Source: Candidatus Eiseniibacteriota bacterium (GTDB lineage: Bacteria > Eisenbacteria > RBG-16-71-46 > SZUA-252). Taken from it: a DNA stretch of 64,000 bases. The stretch spans positions 2,848,001 through 2,912,000 of the forward strand of contig OY969801.1 of assembly GCA_963703225.1 (NCBI GenBank). The letters are read 5' to 3'. Positions 60,105 to 64,000 of the stretch are shown here, in pieces (the first letter of the stretch is position 1; every line of letters starts with the position of its first letter). The translations under genes and the position numbers were made by a program. The notes below the pieces were generated by a model. The model was not told where the DNA came from and did not search any database. It saw only the letters and a program-made list of their open reading frames with translations.

Positions 60105-60527
60105 TTAGGTCCCCGCCAGTTCGTGCCGCTCGACGAACTTCGTCTTGATCGGCAGCTTGCTCGCGCCCAGCTTCATCGCCTTGCGCGCGAGCTCGTTGCT
60201 GATCCCTTCCAGCTCAAAGAGGACGCGGCCAGGCTTGACCACCGCCACCCAAAACTCGGGCGCGCCCTTTCCCTTGCCCATTCGCGTCTCGGCCGGCTTC
60301 ACCGTCACCGGCTTGTCCGGAAAGATCCGGATCCACATCTTGCCGCCGCGCTTGATGAAGCGCGTGATGGCGACGCGGGCGGCCTCGATCTGCCGGTTGG
60401 TGATCCAAGCCGCTTCCAGCGCCTGAAGCCCATACTCCCCGAACGCGACCGTGGAGCCGGTGTACGCCTTGCCCTTCCGGCGCCCGCGCATCTGCTTCCT
60501 GTGCTTGACCCGCTTCGGTACCAGCAC
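60105..60527 (-). CDS. rplP: 50S ribosomal protein L16
   Basis: RQIEAAR, RMGKGKG. Confidence 0.98.
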   Translation of the reverse strand: MLVPKRVKHRKQMRGRRKGKAYTGSTVAFGEYGLQALEAAWITNRQIEAARVAITRFIKRGGKMWIRIFPDKPVTVKPAETRMGKGKGAPEFWVAVVKPGRVLFELEGISNELARKAMKLGASKLPIKTKFVERHELAGT

Positions 60528-60539
60528 CGCTGACTCCCG

Positions 60540-61214
60540 TTACGCGTTCCGGGCGTGCGGTGCGGGCGGCGCTTCGCCCGTTTCCCGCTTCGCCAGGATC
60601 TCGCCCTTGAAGATCCAGACCTTGACGCCCACCGTCCCGTAGATCGTCCGGGCCGTGGAGCGCGCGAAATCGATGTCGGCGCGCAGCGTGTGGAGCGGAA
60701 CGCGTCCGTCGCGGTAGCTCTCGGTGCGCGCCATCTCGGCGCCCCCGAGGCGGCCCGAGCAGACGATGCGAACCCCTCCGGCGCCCGCCCGCATGGTCGA
60801 GGCGATCGCCTTCTTCATGGCTCGCCGGAACGAAACGCGCTGCTCCAGCTGCCGGGCGACGTGCTCGCCGACCAAGGTGGCGTCGGTATCGGGCTTCTTC
60901 ACCTCGTCGATATTGAGAAAGATCTCTTTCTTCGTGATGTGCTGAAGCTCGTCGCGGAGCTGGTCCACCTGCTGGCCCCGCCGGCCAATCACCAGGCCCG
61001 GCCGCGCCGTCGAGATGTTGATGGTGACCTTGGAGACAGCCCGCTGGATCACGATGCGGGAGATGCCCGCCTGGGAGAGGCGCTTCTTCAGGTATTTGCG
61101 AATGAAGATGTCCTCTTCCAGGAGCTTGGCGTAGTCCTTCCGCGCGAACCAGCGGGAGTCCCACGTGCTGATGATGCCCAGGCGCATCCCGATCGGATTG
61201 GTTTTCTGACCCAC
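60540..61214 (-). CDS. rpsC: 30S ribosomal protein S3
   Basis: [25 protein letters not shown]. Confidence 0.98.
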   Translation of the reverse strand: MGQKTNPIGMRLGIISTWDSRWFARKDYAKLLEEDIFIRKYLKKRLSQAGISRIVIQRAVSKVTINISTARPGLVIGRRGQQVDQLRDELQHITKKEIFLNIDEVKKPDTDATLVGEHVARQLEQRVSFRRAMKKAIASTMRAGAGGVRIVCSGRLGGAEMARTESYRDGRVPLHTLRADIDFARSTARTIYGTVGVKVWIFKGEILAKRETGEAPPAPHARNA

Positions 61215-61741
61215 TACTTCGCCTCCTTCGACTTCTTGGGGGCAGCCTTCTTCGGCGCTGCCTTCTTGGGTGCTTCCTTCTTCGCGGCGGGCTTCTTGGC
61301 CGCGGGAGCCGGCGGCTCCGGAGCTTTCGCTGCTTGCGGGGCCTTGGGGGCGGCCTTCGGGGCGAACCGGCGCGCCCGACGCGTCGGCGCCGCCTCTTCC
61401 TCGGAAACCTCTCCCTCGACCACGATCGTGATGTGGCAGGTCCGCTTCAAGATCGGCGTCGCGCGGCCCTGCGCGCGCGGGAGAAACCGCTTCATCGTCG
61501 GTCCCGCGCCGGCCACGGCCGACTTCACCCGAAGCTCCTCCACGTTGATCTTTCCCTCAATCGCGACGGCGTTCGCCACCGCCGACTTCAGCACCTTGCC
61601 GATCACCTTGGCGACGTGCTTGGGCGTGAAGTCGAGGATCTCGGTTACCAGGTCGACCCGCTTCCCGCGGATCAGCTGAAGCACCTGATCCGCCTTCCGC
61701 GGTGTCACCCGTATGTATCGTGCGATCGCTTTCGCTTCCAT
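61214..61741 (-). CDS. rplV: 50S ribosomal protein L22 (C-terminal K/A/P tail)
   Basis: SAVANA, PRAQGRA, HITIVV. Confidence 0.97.
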   Translation of the reverse strand: MEAKAIARYIRVTPRKADQVLQLIRGKRVDLVTEILDFTPKHVAKVIGKVLKSAVANAVAIEGKINVEELRVKSAVAGAGPTMKRFLPRAQGRATPILKRTCHITIVVEGEVSEEEAAPTRRARRFAPKAAPKAPQAAKAPEPPAPAAKKPAAKKEAPKKAAPKKAAPKKSKEAK

Positions 61742-61758
61742 TTCGTCTCCTGGCCGGG

Positions 61759-62076
61759 CTACTTCGGAGGCCCTGCCCCTGGAGGCGCGGCCGCGGCGGC
61801 CGCCGCCTGCTTCTCGACGTGGGACCCGTGCCCGCGGAAGATCCGCGTCGGGGCGAACTCGCCCAGCTTGTGTCCCACCATGTTCTCGGTGATGTAGACC
61901 GGGATGAACTTGTTCCCGTTGTGAACCGCCAGCGTGTGCCCCACGAACTCGGGCGAAATCGTCGACCGACGCGCCCAGGTCTTGAGGACGCGGCGCTCGT
62001 TCACGCGGTTCATCGCTTCCAGCCGCTTCAACAGCTTCTGCACCACGTACGGGCCCTTCTTGACTGAACGGCTCAT
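61759..62076 (-). CDS. rpsS: 30S ribosomal protein S19
   Basis: [20 protein letters not shown]. Confidence 0.98.
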   Translation of the reverse strand: MSRSVKKGPYVVQKLLKRLEAMNRVNERRVLKTWARRSTISPEFVGHTLAVHNGNKFIPVYITENMVGHKLGEFAPTRIFRGHGSHVEKQAAAAAAAPPGAGPPK

Positions 62077-62093
62077 GAAGTCAGATCGCTCCT

Positions 62094-62921
62094 CTAGGTC
62101 TGCTTCCGCCGCCGGACGATCAGGCGGTCGGAGAGCTTCCGCTTCCGGGTCTTCTTGCCCTTGGCCAGGAGGCCCCACGGGGAGCAGGGGTGCCGCCCGC
62201 CGGAGGACTTTCCTTCACCGCCGCCCATCGGGTGGTCGACTGGATTCATCGCCACGCCCCGAACGCTGGGCCGGCGGCCCATCCAGCGCGATTTCCCCGC
62301 CTTGCCAATCACGATGTTCTGGTGCTCCTCGTTTCCGACCATGCCGATGGAGCAGGCGCAGACGACGGGCACCTTGCGCATCTCGCCGGAGGGGAGCCGA
62401 AGCTGTGCGTAGTCGCCCTCGCGCGCCATCACCTGGCAGAAGGTGCCGGCGCTCCGGCTCAGCTGCCCTCCCTTTCCGGGGATCAGCTCCACGTTGTAGA
62501 CGAACGTGCCGAGCGGAACGATGCCGAGCGGCATCGCGTTGCCCGGCTTGACCTCCGCGTCCGCTCCCGAGGTCACCGTGTCGCCCACGCGGAGCTGCTG
62601 CGGGGCGATGATGTAGCGCTTCTCGCCGTCCACATAGTGGAGCAGCGCGATTCGGGCGCTCCGGTTCGGGTCGTACTCGATGTGAGCGACCTTGGCCGGA
62701 ATCCCCTTCTTGTCGCGCTTGAAGTCGATGATCCGGTACTGCTTGACGTGGCCGCCGCCGCGGAGCCAGGCCGACGTGTGGCCCCGGTTGTCGCGCCCGC
62801 CCGTCTTCTTCAGCTTTTCAGTCAAACGCGGCTCGGGCCTCGACCGGGTGATCTCGTCGAACGTCGCGACCGTCCGGAAGCGCTGGGCCGGCGTCAGTGG
62901 TCTGAATTTGCGTAGCGGCAT
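62094..62921 (-). CDS. rplB: 50S ribosomal protein L2
   Basis: [25 protein letters not shown]. Confidence 0.98.
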   Translation of the reverse strand: MPLRKFRPLTPAQRFRTVATFDEITRSRPEPRLTEKLKKTGGRDNRGHTSAWLRGGGHVKQYRIIDFKRDKKGIPAKVAHIEYDPNRSARIALLHYVDGEKRYIIAPQQLRVGDTVTSGADAEVKPGNAMPLGIVPLGTFVYNVELIPGKGGQLSRSAGTFCQVMAREGDYAQLRLPSGEMRKVPVVCACSIGMVGNEEHQNIVIGKAGKSRWMGRRPSVRGVAMNPVDHPMGGGEGKSSGGRHPCSPWGLLAKGKKTRKRKLSDRLIVRRRKQT

Positions 62922-62924
62922 GGG

Positions 62925-63218
62925 CTATACCTGCTCGAAGAGGTCGATCGTCTGGCCCTTCTTCAGGGTGACCACCGCCTTCTTCCAATCGGGTCGATGT
63001 CCCGCGTACCGGCCCATCCGCTTGGGCTTGCCGTGCACGCGCAGCGTCCGAACCGAATCGACCTTCACGGGGAAGATCGCTTCGATCGCCTGCTTGATCT
63101 CGATCTTGTTGGCGTCGCGCGCCACCTCGAACAGGTACCCATTCTCGCGCTCGCGAATCCGGGTGCCCTTCTCGGTGATCATGGCGCGGCGCACGATGGT
63201 GCGCGGTTCGCGGCTCAT
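62925..63218 (-). CDS. rplW: 50S ribosomal protein L23
   Basis: ITEK, ANKIEIK.AIE, WKKAVVTL. Confidence 0.97.
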   Translation of the reverse strand: MSREPRTIVRRAMITEKGTRIRERENGYLFEVARDANKIEIKQAIEAIFPVKVDSVRTLRVHGKPKRMGRYAGHRPDWKKAVVTLKKGQTIDLFEQV

Positions 63219-63844
63219 GCGCTCAGCCTCTCCGTCAAGCTCTTGAGGCCCCCCTCGGTCAACACGAGGCAGTCGCACTTCATGAGCTCATAGGTGTTGA
63301 GTGTGTTGCTCTCGGTCGTCTCCACCTTGGCGATGTTTCGAGACGACTTGACCATCGCCTCGCCGGTCCGGTCGAAAACCCAGAGGATCTTCTTCCCATC
63401 GAGGCCGACCTTCTTCAAGAGCTCGGCGACCGGCTTGGTCTTGGGCGCGCTGAGAGACGGCGGCTCCACGATGAGCACGTTTCCGTCCCGCGCCCGGACT
63501 GAAAGGGCTCCCAAGAGCGCTGTCCGCCGCGCCTTTTGGTTCATGCGCGTCGTGTAGTCGCGCGGCTTCGGCCCAAAGGCCACGCCACCGCCGGGCCAGA
63601 GGGGCGACGTGTTGGAGCCCGCGCGGGCGCGCCCCGTCCCCTTCTGCTTCCACGGCTTTCGACCGCCGCCGCTCACCGCCGCCTTGTTCTTGGAGGCCGC
63701 GTTCCCCTGGCGCTGATTCCCCAGGTAGCTCTTCACCGACTCCCAGATCAGGTGCTCGTTGACCGGTGCCTCGAAAAGGGCGGCGGGAAGCTCGACCGTG
63801 CCGAGCTGCTTGCCGTCGCTTCCGAATTTCTTTGCCTTGGCCAT
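63215..63844 (-). CDS. rplD: 50S ribosomal protein L4
   Basis: KPWKQKGTGRARAGS, GGGVAFGPKPR. Confidence 0.98.
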   Translation of the reverse strand: MAKAKKFGSDGKQLGTVELPAALFEAPVNEHLIWESVKSYLGNQRQGNAASKNKAAVSGGGRKPWKQKGTGRARAGSNTSPLWPGGGVAFGPKPRDYTTRMNQKARRTALLGALSVRARDGNVLIVEPPSLSAPKTKPVAELLKKVGLDGKKILWVFDRTGEAMVKSSRNIAKVETTESNTLNTYELMKCDCLVLTEGGLKSLTERLSA

Positions 63845-63849
63845 GGCGG

Positions 63850-64000
63850 CTACCCGTTCTTCCTGATGAGGACCGTGGCGTTGGGATGACCCGGGACCGA
63901 GCCCCGAAGCCAGATCAGGTGCTGATCCGCGTCGACCCCGATCACGTCCAGATTCTTGACCGTGACGCGGGCCCCGCCCATCCGTCCCGGGAGGCGCTTC
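63850..64000 (-). CDS. rplC: 50S ribosomal protein L3, 3' part (runs off the window)
   Basis: KRLPGRMGGARVTVKNL...GSVPG. Confidence 0.95.
   Translation of the reverse strand, partial: KRLPGRMGGARVTVKNLDVIGVDADQHLIWLRGSVPGHPNATVLIRKNG

Noticed and set aside
48535..63889. Long plus-strand ORFs opposite the ribosomal operon (e.g. 50253-51782, 53496-55217)
   Set aside because: Antisense shadow frames typical of high-GC coding DNA.

Overview
High-GC bacterial window in two parts. Right part (46.7-64 kb) is core genome: a TauE transporter, a GHL10/YddW glycosyl hydrolase and the S10-spc-alpha ribosomal superoperon (partial rplC to rplQ, all minus strand). Left part (1-46.4 kb) is a mosaic accessory island anchored at the 3' end of tRNA-Asn(GTT). 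It holds seven secreted proteins with FlgD-Ig/T9SS-like C-terminal domains (suggesting an FCB-group candidate phylum such as Ca. Eisenbacteria; inference), a capsid-less phage-like element (small tyrosine recombinase, TerL, TerS-like, ParB, Dam-like MTase, DUF3987, DUF2924, large serine recombinase), a single-chain restriction-modification enzyme and many gene remnants. Three structures stand out. (1) The 3' end of the tyrosine recombinase, including the catalytic His/Tyr codons, recurs twice more as synonymously diverged orphan copies, each followed by a different convergent cargo gene, giving a cassette array built on the integrase gene's own tail. (2) A ~250-bp unit (promoter-like box, hairpins, 46-bp dyad att-like site sharing its core with the tRNA 3' end) recurs four times, three of them heading a different cargo gene, like an integron. 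(3) A ~380-bp non-coding element with four boxes at exact 32-bp spacing occurs twice, 31 kb apart. Family names come from motif recognition, not database searches.
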